Source of the DNA: Patescibacteria group bacterium
GTDB taxonomy: Bacteria > Patescibacteriota > Minisyncoccia > UBA6257 > 02-FULL-45-10c
Direction of reading: 5' to 3'
Length of the DNA stretch: 64,000 nucleotides
Assembly (NCBI GenBank): GCA_018969615.1
Contig: JAGWYA010000004.1
Span: 9,922-73,921 of the forward strand
The notes under the pieces were generated by a model. That model saw only the letters and a list, made by a program, of their open reading frames with translations, searched no databases and had not been told where the DNA came from. Position 1 is the first letter of the stretch. Each line of letters begins with the position of its first letter. The translations under genes were made by a program, and so were the position numbers. Below are positions 27,419 through 37,609 of the stretch, piece by piece.

Positions 27419-28912
27419 ATGGACATGATCACAAGGAATACCCGGCTTTTTGCTGTGGGAATTGCGGTTACTGCCTTTTTATGCGCTCCTCAGATGGGAA
27501 CGCCGGTTGCGCGTGCGGCTGGATCATCCGATCCTTCTTTTTCGAATCCGGGCCTGCTCCCGACCAATCCTTTCTATTTCTTGAAGGTATTTGCGCGTTC
27601 CGCCGAGCGTGCGTTGACCATTGATCCGATCAGCCGCGCCAATTTGGAGGCGGGCATTTTGGACCAGAAGGCGGGAGAGCTTCAAAGCCTTGAACAGATC
27701 CTCGGCAGCGCTGATACTCGCGTGGAAGCTGCCGCGGGACCTTATGGCGACAGCATTGATCGTTTACAGGCGGATCTGCAGAATATCACCGCTACCAGCG
27801 ATAAGAACAAGAACGTCGACGCTTTGCTTACGCATGTCTTGCAGGTGAGCACGAGCGACATGGCTATTTTTGACCAGCTTGAATCGGTCGGCGATCTGAA
27901 CATGCGGGACCAGCTTGAGGCTTTGGACGGAAAGGTAAGTTCGCTGATCGCCGGTTCGTTTGCGCGGCTTGATACGGCAAGCGGATTCCAGGGGCGTCTT
28001 TCGGTCTTGGCATCGAACAGTAATTCCGATCTGCTGTCTGAAATGGTGCTTGCGCGGAGCTTAAGCAGGATCGCCGATGCGGTGCCGGCGGATTCGTCCC
28101 TGCAGTCCCCGCTGCTTTTGAGTACGGACCATCTTCTTTACAGCATCCTCGCGGATATGGAAACGACCACCGGAGACGGCGCTGTTGCGGCGCTGATCGA
28201 CCAGCTGCCGGGCACGAAGCTGCGCACCATTATGGTGATCGATGAATTGCAGGAGCGGGCGACGGACGCTGCGGTCCAAAATACGCTTTCGATCATCAGA
28301 CAGCATCTCGTTGATATTTCGCAGGATGACCAGACGGTGAGCAAGCCGGCTGCCCAAGCCTTGTCCGCTGAAGCTGATACACTGGCAACGTTCCTCCATG
28401 ATCAGGCCCGCGGCGTGCGCAGTTCCGCTCTTTTGGCTCTGGTCGTCCGTGCCCGTTCTTTTGCCGATGAAGCGGACACTTCTTTTTCGCTCGGCCAGTA
28501 CGGCGATGCCGCCTGGAGCGCAAGCCTTTCGCTGGCGGCGTCCCGGAACGGACTTACGTACCTTGCGCGGAATGACCAGGATGTGCTGACCGCGGAAGTA
28601 AAACAGTTTGAAACACAGTATGATGTTCTTTTGAATACCGCACAGGACGCCGGCGTCAGCCAGGATACGGAACCCGGTATAATGGCGCTTTTCTCCGAGG
28701 CGGAGACGGCTCTCGGGAACGCTTCCGATCTCATCGGCCCTCGCCTTGACCTTGATAAGGTTGTTGCTGCGGTGCGCACTGCGGATCTTTCATTGGAACA
28801 GGCTGATGCGGCCGTGCAGGAGTATCTTCAGCAAATGAAGGTCGTGGCCGCGGCCGCACAGGCGGCGAAACCGGCGCTTGACCGCGTGCTTCCGCCGGCG
28901 GCATTGAATTAG
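27419..28912 (+). CDS. Secreted helical DUF5667-like protein
   Basis: Signal peptide; PGLLPTNPFYFLKVF motif; Ala-rich helices. Confidence 0.7.
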   Translation: MDMITRNTRLFAVGIAVTAFLCAPQMGTPVARAAGSSDPSFSNPGLLPTNPFYFLKVFARSAERALTIDPISRANLEAGILDQKAGELQSLEQILGSADTRVEAAAGPYGDSIDRLQADLQNITATSDKNKNVDALLTHVLQVSTSDMAIFDQLESVGDLNMRDQLEALDGKVSSLIAGSFARLDTASGFQGRLSVLASNSNSDLLSEMVLARSLSRIADAVPADSSLQSPLLLSTDHLLYSILADMETTTGDGAVAALIDQLPGTKLRTIMVIDELQERATDAAVQNTLSIIRQHLVDISQDDQTVSKPAAQALSAEADTLATFLHDQARGVRSSALLALVVRARSFADEADTSFSLGQYGDAAWSASLSLAASRNGLTYLARNDQDVLTAEVKQFETQYDVLLNTAQDAGVSQDTEPGIMALFSEAETALGNASDLIGPRLDLDKVVAAVRTADLSLEQADAAVQEYLQQMKVVAAAAQAAKPALDRVLPPAALN

Positions 28913-28984
28913 CTCCCGCGCGTGGTACTTCGGTTCGGCGCGCTTCCGCGCCGATTTTTTTTATGCTAGGATAGTGCGTATCAT

Positions 28985-30748
28985 ATGACCGCTCCCGAGA
29001 TCCGAAAAAAATTCCTTTCTTTTTTTAAAGAACGCGGACACGCGGTTGTTCCGTCGTCGCCCCTTATTCCCGATGATCCGTCGGTGTTATTGACGACCGC
29101 GGGAATGCAGCAGTTCAAACCGTACTATGTCGGGAAGGCCGATCCGCAGCGTGACTTCGGGTCACTGAATGCGACCTCGGTCCAAAAATGTTTCCGCACG
29201 TCGGATATCGAAGAGGTCGGGGATGACACGCATCTGACGTTCTTTGAAATGCTCGGGAATTTTTCGTTCGGCGGTTATTTCAAGAAGGAAGCGATCCCGT
29301 GGGCGTATGACTTCGTCGTCAATCAGCTTGGGATCGACCGCGAGCATCTCTATGTGACGATCTTTGCCGGCGACGCGGACGTGCCCGAAGATACGGAGTC
29401 GTTCAAGATCTGGCATGAGACGATCGGTATTCCGAAAGACCGGATCCGCAGGCACGGCCGGGAGGATAATTTTTGGGGACCGACCGGAAGCGAGGGGCCG
29501 TGCGGCCCGACGACCGAGATCTATGTCGCGGCGAACGCGGAGGGTGCGCGTGCGGGCAAAGGCGTGGAGATCTGGAACCTGGTGTTCAATGAATTTTACG
29601 GAAAGCAGGATGAGCATAAAAAATTAGTTTTAGAAAAATTAGTAGTCCCGGGTATCGATACCGGCATGGGATTGGAGCGGCTTGCGGTGATGCTGCAGGG
29701 CGCTAAGAACGTTTTCGAGACCGATCTGTTCCGTCCGCTGATGACGGCGATCCACGAAGCGCAGCAGGGATTGGATGACCGCGTGGTTCGGGTGCTGGCG
29801 GACCATCTCCGCTCTTCGATCTTCTTGATCGCGGACGGCGTTCGCCCGTCGAACAAAGAAGCGGGCTATATCCTCCGCCGCCTCCTCCGCCGCATTTTGG
29901 CGTATACGATCCAGTATGATATCCATGCGGATCTGTTCGCGCTTGCGGTCCCGGTGGTGAGCGGACAGTTCGGTGATGTTTATCCCGAGGTCCGCAAGAC
30001 GAACGAGATCCTTGCGGTTCTGACGGAAGAAAAGACGAAGTTCGAGCGGGCGCTTGCGCTCGGGATGAAAGAGATCGAACGGTATGAAACGATCTCCGCA
30101 AAAGACGCTTTCTCGCTCTATGAAACGTTCGGCGTGCCGTTCGAGCTCTTGCAGGAGCTTGCCCCTGCAAAAGTGAAAGGATTAAAGAAAGAGGACCTGG
30201 AAGAAGAGATCAAAAAACATCAGGAGATCTCCCGCGCCGGCGCGGAAAAGAAGTTCGGCGGCCACGGCCTCATTTTGAACACGGGTGAATTGAAGGCTTC
30301 GACGCCGGAAGAGGTTGTGACAGTGACGCGGCTCCATACGGCGACCCATTTGGTCCAGGCGGCGCTCCGGAAGGTGCTTGGGACCGAGGTCCATCAGATG
30401 GGGTCGGATATCACCGCCGAGCGCGCGCGGTTCGATTTTTCGTTCCCGCGGAAGCTGACCGAAGAGGAGGTGAAAAAAGTGGAAGATCTCGTAAACGATG
30501 CGGTTTCCCGCGACCTGCCGGTGACCGTGCAGGAATTGCCGATCGAAGAGGCGAAAAAGACCGGCGCCCTCTATTTCTTCAAGGAAAAATATCCGGAGCG
30601 TGTGACGGTCTATTCGATGGGGGATTTTAGCAAAGAGTTCTGCGGCGGTCCGCATGTGACCAATACGCTCAAAGTAGGGAAGTTCAAGATCACCAAACAG
30701 GAATCGGTCGGCGCCGGCGTGCGCCGGATCCGGATCTCGGTTGAATAA
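28985..30748 (+). CDS. alaS: Alanine--tRNA ligase (short, lacks C-Ala)
   Basis: TTAGMQQFK, TFFEMLGNFSFG, DTGMGLER, HTATH and CGGPH editing motifs. Confidence 0.98.
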   Translation: MTAPEIRKKFLSFFKERGHAVVPSSPLIPDDPSVLLTTAGMQQFKPYYVGKADPQRDFGSLNATSVQKCFRTSDIEEVGDDTHLTFFEMLGNFSFGGYFKKEAIPWAYDFVVNQLGIDREHLYVTIFAGDADVPEDTESFKIWHETIGIPKDRIRRHGREDNFWGPTGSEGPCGPTTEIYVAANAEGARAGKGVEIWNLVFNEFYGKQDEHKKLVLEKLVVPGIDTGMGLERLAVMLQGAKNVFETDLFRPLMTAIHEAQQGLDDRVVRVLADHLRSSIFLIADGVRPSNKEAGYILRRLLRRILAYTIQYDIHADLFALAVPVVSGQFGDVYPEVRKTNEILAVLTEEKTKFERALALGMKEIERYETISAKDAFSLYETFGVPFELLQELAPAKVKGLKKEDLEEEIKKHQEISRAGAEKKFGGHGLILNTGELKASTPEEVVTVTRLHTATHLVQAALRKVLGTEVHQMGSDITAERARFDFSFPRKLTEEEVKKVEDLVNDAVSRDLPVTVQELPIEEAKKTGALYFFKEKYPERVTVYSMGDFSKEFCGGPHVTNTLKVGKFKITKQESVGAGVRRIRISVE

Positions 30749-30842
30749 TAAAAATGACCCCTTGAAAGGGTTGTTTTTTGCACGTCGTAATCTTAATTTT
30801 ATGTAGTAAAAATGCCTAAAAACTGTGTTATACTAAATACAC

Positions 30843-32051
30843 GTGGTATTACACAAAAAGATACTACATACGTTCTCACGTTTCTTGCCTAAGGGTGATA
30901 AATATGTGGTGATCGAGATCCTCAATCACTACGTCCAGGTCACCGTCCTTCGAACTGACTTCGCGAACAAAGAAATACGCATTCTCAAGGCATTTTCCAA
31001 AGATCTTCCCCAGCCGGACCCGCATCTTGTGCTCAAAGAGCTCCGGCGTTTGCTCAGAAAAATACCGGGCCTGTCCCACTACCGCATCGTGATCGGTCTC
31101 GATTCGCTGCTTGCAACGACCAAGTACGCTTCGATCTCGTTAGTGCGCCCGAACGCAAAGGAGGTCATTGATGAGGCCGACCTCGACAATCTTATTTCGC
31201 AGGCGATCTGGCGGTTCTTTGACAAGCACCGATTCCGCATCGCGCAGAAGATGGGCATCGATGAGGTGGACGTCCTGCTGACCGATGTGCGCATCCGCGA
31301 TATCCGCATTGACGGCCATCGGGTGGTGAATCCGATCGGCTTTAAGGCGAAATCAGTGGAAGTGTTCTTCAGCCAAACGTTCGTATCGCGCGGATTCATG
31401 GCCGAGCTCCGTGACGTGGTTCCGCGGGAGGGGATCGAGCTGCTGGTCGAAGCGGGGACTGCGCTCTCGCATGTTCTTGCCCAGGCGCGGGGCGACGGAG
31501 CCTTCTACATGGCAAATCTGTTCCCGAACCACACCGCGATCTTTGCCGCCGCGCATCCGCATTTCGGCCATGAGGACAGTTTTGCCTGGGGCGGGGACAA
31601 TCTGATCCGCTATGTCGGCCGCTCGCTCCATGTGGACCCGGAAACCGCCGCCGCCGTGATCAGCGCCTATGCGGCGTCGGAAGGCTCAGAGCCTTTTCTG
31701 CGGAAGTTCGAGGGGATCGTGACGCATGAGCTGGGTTCTTTCGCGCACGGGGTTGAGTCGCTCGTTGATCGCGATGTTCCCGACGTCTATCTCAATCCGT
31801 TCTTCCCGATGCCCGAGGTCGTATTTTCGGCGCGGTTCCAAAATCGATTCGACCGGCCGTTGCGCCTGCTGCCATTATCCACACAATTCGTTACCGAAAA
31901 GCTCGGCTATACGGTACAATACAATAAAGCAGCATCAGGCATACGGGATCCGCTGATGCTTTATGGAGTGCTCTTAGAACTTACGCTTCTGCCGCGGAAC
32001 GATACGATGAGCCATCTTGCCGACCGGCGCGTCCGATGGCTGGTAACGTAG
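30843..32051 (+). CDS. Divergent FtsA/actin-fold-like protein
   Basis: IRIDGHRVVNPIGFKAK and FAWGGDNLI segments resemble FtsA-like CPR proteins; paired with the downstream baseplate-J-like gene. Confidence 0.5.
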   Translation: MVLHKKILHTFSRFLPKGDKYVVIEILNHYVQVTVLRTDFANKEIRILKAFSKDLPQPDPHLVLKELRRLLRKIPGLSHYRIVIGLDSLLATTKYASISLVRPNAKEVIDEADLDNLISQAIWRFFDKHRFRIAQKMGIDEVDVLLTDVRIRDIRIDGHRVVNPIGFKAKSVEVFFSQTFVSRGFMAELRDVVPREGIELLVEAGTALSHVLAQARGDGAFYMANLFPNHTAIFAAAHPHFGHEDSFAWGGDNLIRYVGRSLHVDPETAAAVISAYAASEGSEPFLRKFEGIVTHELGSFAHGVESLVDRDVPDVYLNPFFPMPEVVFSARFQNRFDRPLRLLPLSTQFVTEKLGYTVQYNKAASGIRDPLMLYGVLLELTLLPRNDTMSHLADRRVRWLVT

Positions 32052-32075
32052 CCGGCCCGGAAGCGATCTGTGTTT

Positions 32076-33728
32076 ATGAAAAAAATATTCGTCAATAAAA
32101 GCGATGAGGTTTCGGTCATTGTCGAGAAGATGATCGAAGCGGAAGACCGGGAGATCACCCTGAGCGTGCCCCGGTTTTCGCATATCGGCGGATCGCTGGG
32201 TAATTTTTATCTTTTGAAACGCGAAGCGGATGCGATCGGCAAGAAGGTCTTCGTTGAATCAGTGGATGACAAGGTCATTGAGCTTGCGGCGATGAGCGGG
32301 CTTACGGGTACGAACCCGTTCTTTGCCAAGAATACGCGCCAGTTCTCCGACATCGTTGCCCCGACCCAGAAGACCGGCAAGGCGACGGCGCCTCGTGTGC
32401 GTTCTGTCCGGCCGGCTCCGCGCCGATCGACCGGTGATATTCGGACCTCATCCCGGGAGCGGGTCCCGATCTTCTCGCCCGCGCCTGAGGACCCGCATGA
32501 AAAAGAGCCTGAGCAGGAGATCCGCCGCGAACCCCGGATGCGCTCTTTTCCGACGCTGTCGATGCCGAGCGTGGACATGCCGGATGTGATCCATTCGCAT
32601 TTTTTGCGCTGGACCGTGATCGGCGTCCTGGGCTGTGCCTTGGTGTTCTATCTTGCGACCGCGGTTCTTCCCCGGGCGGATGTGAAACTGATACCGCAGA
32701 AAACGCAATGGAGCTATGACAATGCGATCAACGCCGTTCCCGGCGCAACTGCGGATATTTCGACCATGACGATCCCCGCGCAGGTTTTCAGCGAGACGGG
32801 GAACGATACGAAGCCGTTCCCGGCGACCGGAAAGAAGCAGGTTCAGCAATATGCGACCGGGACGATCACGATCTTCAACGCGTACAGTTCGCAGCCGCAG
32901 CAGTTGGTGGCGACGACGCGGTTCATGACGCCTGACGGAAAGATCTTCCGCCTCGATAGATCGATCATGGTCCCCGCCGCGCAGATCGTTGACGGTAATG
33001 TTGTCGCTTCGAGTACTGAGGCAATGGTGACTGCCGATCAACCTGGCCCCGATTATAATATCGGTCCGGTACAACTGTTCACGATCCCCGGGTTTCAGGG
33101 GACGCCGAAGTATAAAACATTCTATGGGACGTCTTCAGCGAATATGACCGGCGGGTTCACCGGCGAGGTTGCGTATCCGACGCCGGGCGATATTGCCGCC
33201 GCGGAAAAGACCGCCGCCGCCGATCTCCAGGATGCGCTGACGACCAAGCTGTTGTCGGAGGTCCCGAACGATTTTAAGATCTTAGACGGCGCGCAGCAAT
33301 TTTCGCTGACGTCGCAAACACCCGATACCACCACGGATGCCAACGGAAACTTCACGATCCTGACCAAAGCTACCGCGACGGCGATCGCCTTTAAAGAGAG
33401 CGATGCGGTGTCGCTTTTGGAGAATAAAGCGTTGAGCGCGAACACGGAGCAATACGCGGTCGGAACGACGAGCCTGACCTATGACCTTGCCCGCGCTGAT
33501 TTCACGAAAGGCCAGATCTCGTTCCCGGTCCATTTTTCCGCGACGCTCGCCCGCGTCATGGATGCGGCGGCGTTGAAAGCGAAGATCGCCGGGAAATCTG
33601 AGACGGACCTGAAAACGACCATCTTCGCACTCCCGGGTCTCGACAGCGCGACGATCTCGCTGTGGCCGTTCTGGGTAAAAACCGTTCCGACATCGCCCGA
33701 CAAGATCACGGTCACGATCGCGCAGTAG
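32076..33728 (+). CDS. Single-pass membrane protein with a baseplate J/gp47-like extracellular domain
   Basis: TM helix then ATGTITIFN...LVATTRF.TPDGKIFR...VTADQPGPDYNIGP, C-terminal PFWVKTVP. Confidence 0.65.
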   Translation: MKKIFVNKSDEVSVIVEKMIEAEDREITLSVPRFSHIGGSLGNFYLLKREADAIGKKVFVESVDDKVIELAAMSGLTGTNPFFAKNTRQFSDIVAPTQKTGKATAPRVRSVRPAPRRSTGDIRTSSRERVPIFSPAPEDPHEKEPEQEIRREPRMRSFPTLSMPSVDMPDVIHSHFLRWTVIGVLGCALVFYLATAVLPRADVKLIPQKTQWSYDNAINAVPGATADISTMTIPAQVFSETGNDTKPFPATGKKQVQQYATGTITIFNAYSSQPQQLVATTRFMTPDGKIFRLDRSIMVPAAQIVDGNVVASSTEAMVTADQPGPDYNIGPVQLFTIPGFQGTPKYKTFYGTSSANMTGGFTGEVAYPTPGDIAAAEKTAAADLQDALTTKLLSEVPNDFKILDGAQQFSLTSQTPDTTTDANGNFTILTKATATAIAFKESDAVSLLENKALSANTEQYAVGTTSLTYDLARADFTKGQISFPVHFSATLARVMDAAALKAKIAGKSETDLKTTIFALPGLDSATISLWPFWVKTVPTSPDKITVTIAQ

Positions 33729-33735
33729 GATGGGG

Positions 33736-33765
33736 TTGACTTTTTTAGGGCTTCGGTGCTATACT
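33736..33765 (+). promoter_or_regulatory. Sigma70 promoter of the infA-rpoA-rpsI operon
   Basis: TTGACT-18-TATACT with extended TG. Confidence 0.7.
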
Positions 33766-33780
33766 CTTAAACATTGATTA

Positions 33781-34026
33781 TTGAACGTCATACTAGTGCC
33801 GACCACGAATAACTCCACAAAAGGCAATATTAAGGTTGACGCAGTTGTCGAAGAGGCTCTCCCAGCCGCTTCGTTTCGTCTTAGGACGCGCGAAGGCAAG
33901 GCGATCTTGGGACATCTTTCCGGCAAAATGCGCATGTACCATATTAAGATACTGCCGGGAGATCACGTCACAGTAGAGATGACTCCTTACGACCAGGAAC
34001 GGGGAAGGATCACGCGACGGCTCTAA
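33781..34026 (+). CDS. infA: Translation initiation factor IF-1 (start may be GTG near 33796)
   Basis: [31 protein letters not shown]. Confidence 0.95.
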   Translation: MNVILVPTTNNSTKGNIKVDAVVEEALPAASFRLRTREGKAILGHLSGKMRMYHIKILPGDHVTVEMTPYDQERGRITRRL

Positions 34027-34040
34027 TCATATTTCATATC

Positions 34041-34154
34041 ATGAAAGTGCGCTCATCGGTTAAAAAGATCTGCAAGGATTGTAAGACGGTTCGCCGCGAG
34101 AACCGCGTTTTTATCGTCTGCAAGATCAAGAAACATAAACAGCGCCAAGGCTAA
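34041..34154 (+). CDS. rpmJ: 50S ribosomal protein L36
   Basis: Own translation: [37 protein letters not shown]. Confidence 0.96.
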   Translation: MKVRSSVKKICKDCKTVRRENRVFIVCKIKKHKQRQG

Positions 34155-34165
34155 TTTCCATCACT

Positions 34166-34549
34166 ATGCGTATCATCGGTATCAATCTGCCTGACAATAA
34201 GAAAGTGCTCATCTCATTAACGTATCTGTACGGCGTGGGACGCACGCGTTCAGCCGAGATCCTCGCCGCGACAAAGATCGATCCGGATAAGCGCGCGAAA
34301 GACCTGACCCAGGACGAAGTGGGAAAGATCAAAGAATATCTTGAAAAGAACCACAAAGTGGAAGGCGAGCTCCGCCAGATCCTCAAGCAGAACATCGGCC
34401 TTTTGAAAGATCTCCAGACCTATCGCGGGATCCGCCATATGCGCCGGTTGCCGGTACGCGGGCAGCGGACCAAGACGAACTCGCGCACGGTGCGCGGCAA
34501 TGTCCGTAAGACGGCGGGCAGCGGAAAGCGTAAGTCAGAGCTTAAGTAA
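34166..34549 (+). CDS. rpsM: 30S ribosomal protein S13
   Basis: LTYLYGVG, YRGIRH..RLPVRGQRTKTNSRT. Confidence 0.98.
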   Translation: MRIIGINLPDNKKVLISLTYLYGVGRTRSAEILAATKIDPDKRAKDLTQDEVGKIKEYLEKNHKVEGELRQILKQNIGLLKDLQTYRGIRHMRRLPVRGQRTKTNSRTVRGNVRKTAGSGKRKSELK

Positions 34550-34558
34550 TCTATACGT

Positions 34559-35011
34559 ATGGGAAAGAAAAAAGTCTTAAAAGAAACACACGATCAGGCG
34601 ATCAAAGCATCCGAAAAAGTGGAGGCGGCTTTGGTGAAGACCGGAAGCAAGTCATCGGGTAAGCAGCTGATCAAAGGCGCGGTCTATATCAAGGCAAGTT
34701 TTAATAATACGATCATCACCGTGACCGATGCGGCAGGGAACGCCATCGCATGGGCATCGGCGGGTTCCCTTGGATTTTCGGGTCCGAAGAAGGCAACGCC
34801 GTTCGCAGCGTCCAAAGTGGTCGCCGCGATCGCCGAAAAACTGAAGAAGACCGGCCTTTCCAGTGTTGAAGTGTTCGTAAGCGGCGTGGGAAGCGGCCGC
34901 GATTCAGCGATCCGTTCGCTGGCGAACCAGGGCTTTATGATCAGCGCGATCCGCGATCTGACCCCGATCCCGCATAACGGGCCTCGACCGCCGAAGGTTC
35001 GCAGGGTATAA
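34559..35011 (+). CDS. rpsK: 30S ribosomal protein S11
   Basis: ASFNNTIITVTD, KKATPFAA, DLTPIPHNG. Confidence 0.98.
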   Translation: MGKKKVLKETHDQAIKASEKVEAALVKTGSKSSGKQLIKGAVYIKASFNNTIITVTDAAGNAIAWASAGSLGFSGPKKATPFAASKVVAAIAEKLKKTGLSSVEVFVSGVGSGRDSAIRSLANQGFMISAIRDLTPIPHNGPRPPKVRRV

Positions 35012-35032
35012 TACCTATTCCACTTCATTCCT

Positions 35033-35647
35033 ATGTTCAATACTAAAGAAAAAAGAGAGCGTTCCCTCGGCGTGCACCTGTTCTTAAAGGCGCATCGTTG
35101 CAATTCGCCGAAGTGCGTGCAGCTCCGCAAGGGGTACCGCCCGGGCCTTCACGGCCAGGCGCGCCACACCGTGACCGAATACGGAAAGCTTTTGAATGAA
35201 AAGCAGAAGATCAAAGCGGGATACGGTTTGCGCGAAGCGCATTTGTGGAAGATCTTTGCGACCGCCAGCAAGAACCCCGGGAACACCGGAAACCTGATCG
35301 TCCAGCTTTTGGAGCGCCGTCTCGACAATACGATCTTCCGGCTCGGTCTCGCGCCGTCCCGTTCGGTCGCCCGCCAGCTGATCAGCCATGGTCACATTAT
35401 GGTGAACGGCCGGAAGCACACGATCTCATCCTATGAGGTCCGGGTAGGCGATAAGCTCTCGATCCGTCCGCAGTCCAAAGGGATCGCCGCGGTGAAGGAC
35501 TTGAACGCTGAATCATTGAAAAAGACCGACGTTCCGTCATGGCTCCGCTTGGATAAGGAAAAACTTGAGGGAGAGGTCGTCTCGCTCCCGCAGGATATTG
35601 AGATGCCGTTCGATGTCAGCATGGTCGTTGATTATTATTCAAAATAA
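35033..35647 (+). CDS. rpsD: 30S ribosomal protein S4
   Basis: PGLHG, EKQK, LERRLDN, ARQLISHGH, VDYYSK. Confidence 0.98.
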   Translation: MFNTKEKRERSLGVHLFLKAHRCNSPKCVQLRKGYRPGLHGQARHTVTEYGKLLNEKQKIKAGYGLREAHLWKIFATASKNPGNTGNLIVQLLERRLDNTIFRLGLAPSRSVARQLISHGHIMVNGRKHTISSYEVRVGDKLSIRPQSKGIAAVKDLNAESLKKTDVPSWLRLDKEKLEGEVVSLPQDIEMPFDVSMVVDYYSK

Positions 35648-35663
35648 TTATTATTACAGCATT

Positions 35664-36422
35664 ATGCAGTTTGCATACTTAAGCGAATCAGTGACTATCA
35701 AAAAGGTTTCGGAGACAGGTACCGAAGGCGTATTTGAAGTGGAAGGATTGTACCGGGGCTATGGTATGACGATGGGCACGGCATTGCGCCGCGTTCTGTT
35801 CTCATCCTTGCCGGGTGCCGCGATCACGCAGTTTAAGGTAAAAGGCGCCGGCCATCAGTTTTCGACGATCCCGGATGTCGCCGAGGACCTGGTTGAACTT
35901 GGTCTGAACCTTAAGAAGGTCCGTTTCCGTCTGCATACCGATGAACCGCAGGTCTTGACCCTGAAGGTCAAAGGAGAAAAAGAGGTCACCGCGGCTGATA
36001 TTGAAACGAACTCGAACGTCGACCTGATCACTCCGGATGCTCCGATCGCGACATTGACGTCAAAATCGGCCGAGTTGGAGATCGAACTGACCGTGGAGCG
36101 CGGTCTCGGATTCGTGGCTGTTGAGCTTCAGAAATCCGAAAAGCTCCCGATCGGAACGATCGCGCTTGACGCCGCTTTCTCGCCGGTCACGAAGGCGAAC
36201 TTCACCGTGGAAAATATGCGCGTGGGCGACCGGACCGATTATAACAAGCTGGTCATCGCGATCACGACGGATGGAAGCATCACGCCGAGCGCTGCGCTGC
36301 ACAAAGCGAGCAATATTTTGAAGGATCACTTTGATAAGGTGTCCCAGATAGAGGTTATGGAGCCTGAAGCATCTTCTGCGAAAGAGGAAAAAAAGAAAAC
36401 TACAAAAAAAGCAAAGAAGTAA
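35664..36422 (+). CDS. rpoA: RNA polymerase alpha subunit (no alphaCTD)
   Basis: GYGMTMGTALRRVL, DAAFSPV, VENMRVGDRTDYNKL; 252 aa. Confidence 0.96.
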   Translation: MQFAYLSESVTIKKVSETGTEGVFEVEGLYRGYGMTMGTALRRVLFSSLPGAAITQFKVKGAGHQFSTIPDVAEDLVELGLNLKKVRFRLHTDEPQVLTLKVKGEKEVTAADIETNSNVDLITPDAPIATLTSKSAELEIELTVERGLGFVAVELQKSEKLPIGTIALDAAFSPVTKANFTVENMRVGDRTDYNKLVIAITTDGSITPSAALHKASNILKDHFDKVSQIEVMEPEASSAKEEKKKTTKKAKK

Positions 36423-36428
36423 TCACGT

Positions 36429-36767
36429 ATGATGCCGCGTAAATTTAGAAAGCTCCGGGGGAAAAGGATCTCGTTCCTGAAGGCCCTGGCGAACAATTTG
36501 ATCATGAAGGGAAAGATGCAAACGACCGAGCCGCGCGCTAAGGAAATTCGCGTCCGCGTGGAGAAGCTGGTCACCCTCGCAAAGAAACAAAACCAGGCGA
36601 GCCTCCGGCTGCTGCTTGCGCGTTTACCGAAGTCAGCCGCTATGAAACTGTACTATGAGATCGCTCCGCGGTATCAGGAGCGGTCAGGCGGATATCTTCG
36701 GATAACGAAGCTTGGAAAGCGGCGCAAGCGCGATGCGGCCTTGCAAGCTGTCGTTGAATTTGTATAA
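36429..36767 (+). CDS. rplQ: 50S ribosomal protein L17
   Basis: TTEPRAKE, EKLVTLAK, RSGGYLRITK. Confidence 0.96.
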   Translation: MMPRKFRKLRGKRISFLKALANNLIMKGKMQTTEPRAKEIRVRVEKLVTLAKKQNQASLRLLLARLPKSAAMKLYYEIAPRYQERSGGYLRITKLGKRRKRDAALQAVVEFV

Positions 36768-36778
36768 TACTCTCATCT

Positions 36779-37117
36779 ATGCAGTACACGATCGACGCAA
36801 AAAATAAGACCCTTGGCCGCCTCGCTTCCGAGATCGCAGAGATCTTGCAGGGGAAGAAGTCGGCATACTATGAGCCGCGCCTTGCCGGTGCTGATTCGGT
36901 TATGGTGACGAACGTAAAAGACATCACGGTGACCGGGGCGAAAATGACCCAGAAAAAGTACTATCATCACACGGGGTATATGGGACATCTCAAGTCAAAG
37001 ACCCTTCGCGAGGTTATGGAAAAGGATCCGTCCCAGGCATTGCGCCATGCGGTAGAACGCATGCTCCCGAAGAACTCGCTGCGCTCCAAGCGGATGCTGC
37101 GATTAGTCATTAAATAA
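36779..37117 (+). CDS. rplM: 50S ribosomal protein L13
   Basis: IDA..KTLGRLAS, LQGK, YYHHTGY, MLPKN. Confidence 0.95.
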   Translation: MQYTIDAKNKTLGRLASEIAEILQGKKSAYYEPRLAGADSVMVTNVKDITVTGAKMTQKKYYHHTGYMGHLKSKTLREVMEKDPSQALRHAVERMLPKNSLRSKRMLRLVIK

Positions 37118-37122
37118 TCCTT

Positions 37123-37569
37123 ATGTCACCAAAAGCGAAAAAAACAGAACAGCATGCAGCAAAAAAGCCGGCGGCAAAAGCGGAGCGTTATTTTGAGGCG
37201 CGCGGCGGACGCAAGACGTCCGTGTCCCGCGTCCGTCTGACCGCTGAGAGCTCCGGCGTAACCGTGAACGGCAAGGATCTGAAAGCGTATTTTCCCGAAG
37301 CGGACCTTCAGGAGACCGTTCGCCGGCCGCTGGTCGTGCTGAATCTGGAAAGCAAGATGGGTGTGAGTGCGCATGTTCGCGGAGGAGGATTGCGCGGCCA
37401 GGCAACCGCGATCGCTCTCGGGATCGCCCGCGCCCTGACCGTCTATGACGGTGCGCTGAGAACGCAGTTGCGCCATGAGAATCTTTTGACCCGCGATTCC
37501 CGCGCGGTTGAGCGTAAGAAATACGGACTTCGCAAAGCACGCCGTGCTCCGCAGTGGGCAAAGCGTTAA
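37123..37569 (+). CDS. rpsI: 30S ribosomal protein S9
   Basis: GGG..GQA, LTRDSRAVERKKYGLRKARRAPQWAKR. Confidence 0.98.
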   Translation: MSPKAKKTEQHAAKKPAAKAERYFEARGGRKTSVSRVRLTAESSGVTVNGKDLKAYFPEADLQETVRRPLVVLNLESKMGVSAHVRGGGLRGQATAIALGIARALTVYDGALRTQLRHENLLTRDSRAVERKKYGLRKARRAPQWAKR

Positions 37570-37573
37570 AGAG

Positions 37574-37604
37574 AAAAACCTCCGACATTGGTCGGAGGTT
37601 TTTT
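37574..37604. terminator. Bidirectional terminator
   Basis: AAAAACCTCCGAC-ATTG-GTCGGAGGTTTTT. Confidence 0.88.
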
Positions 37605-37609
37605 ATAGA

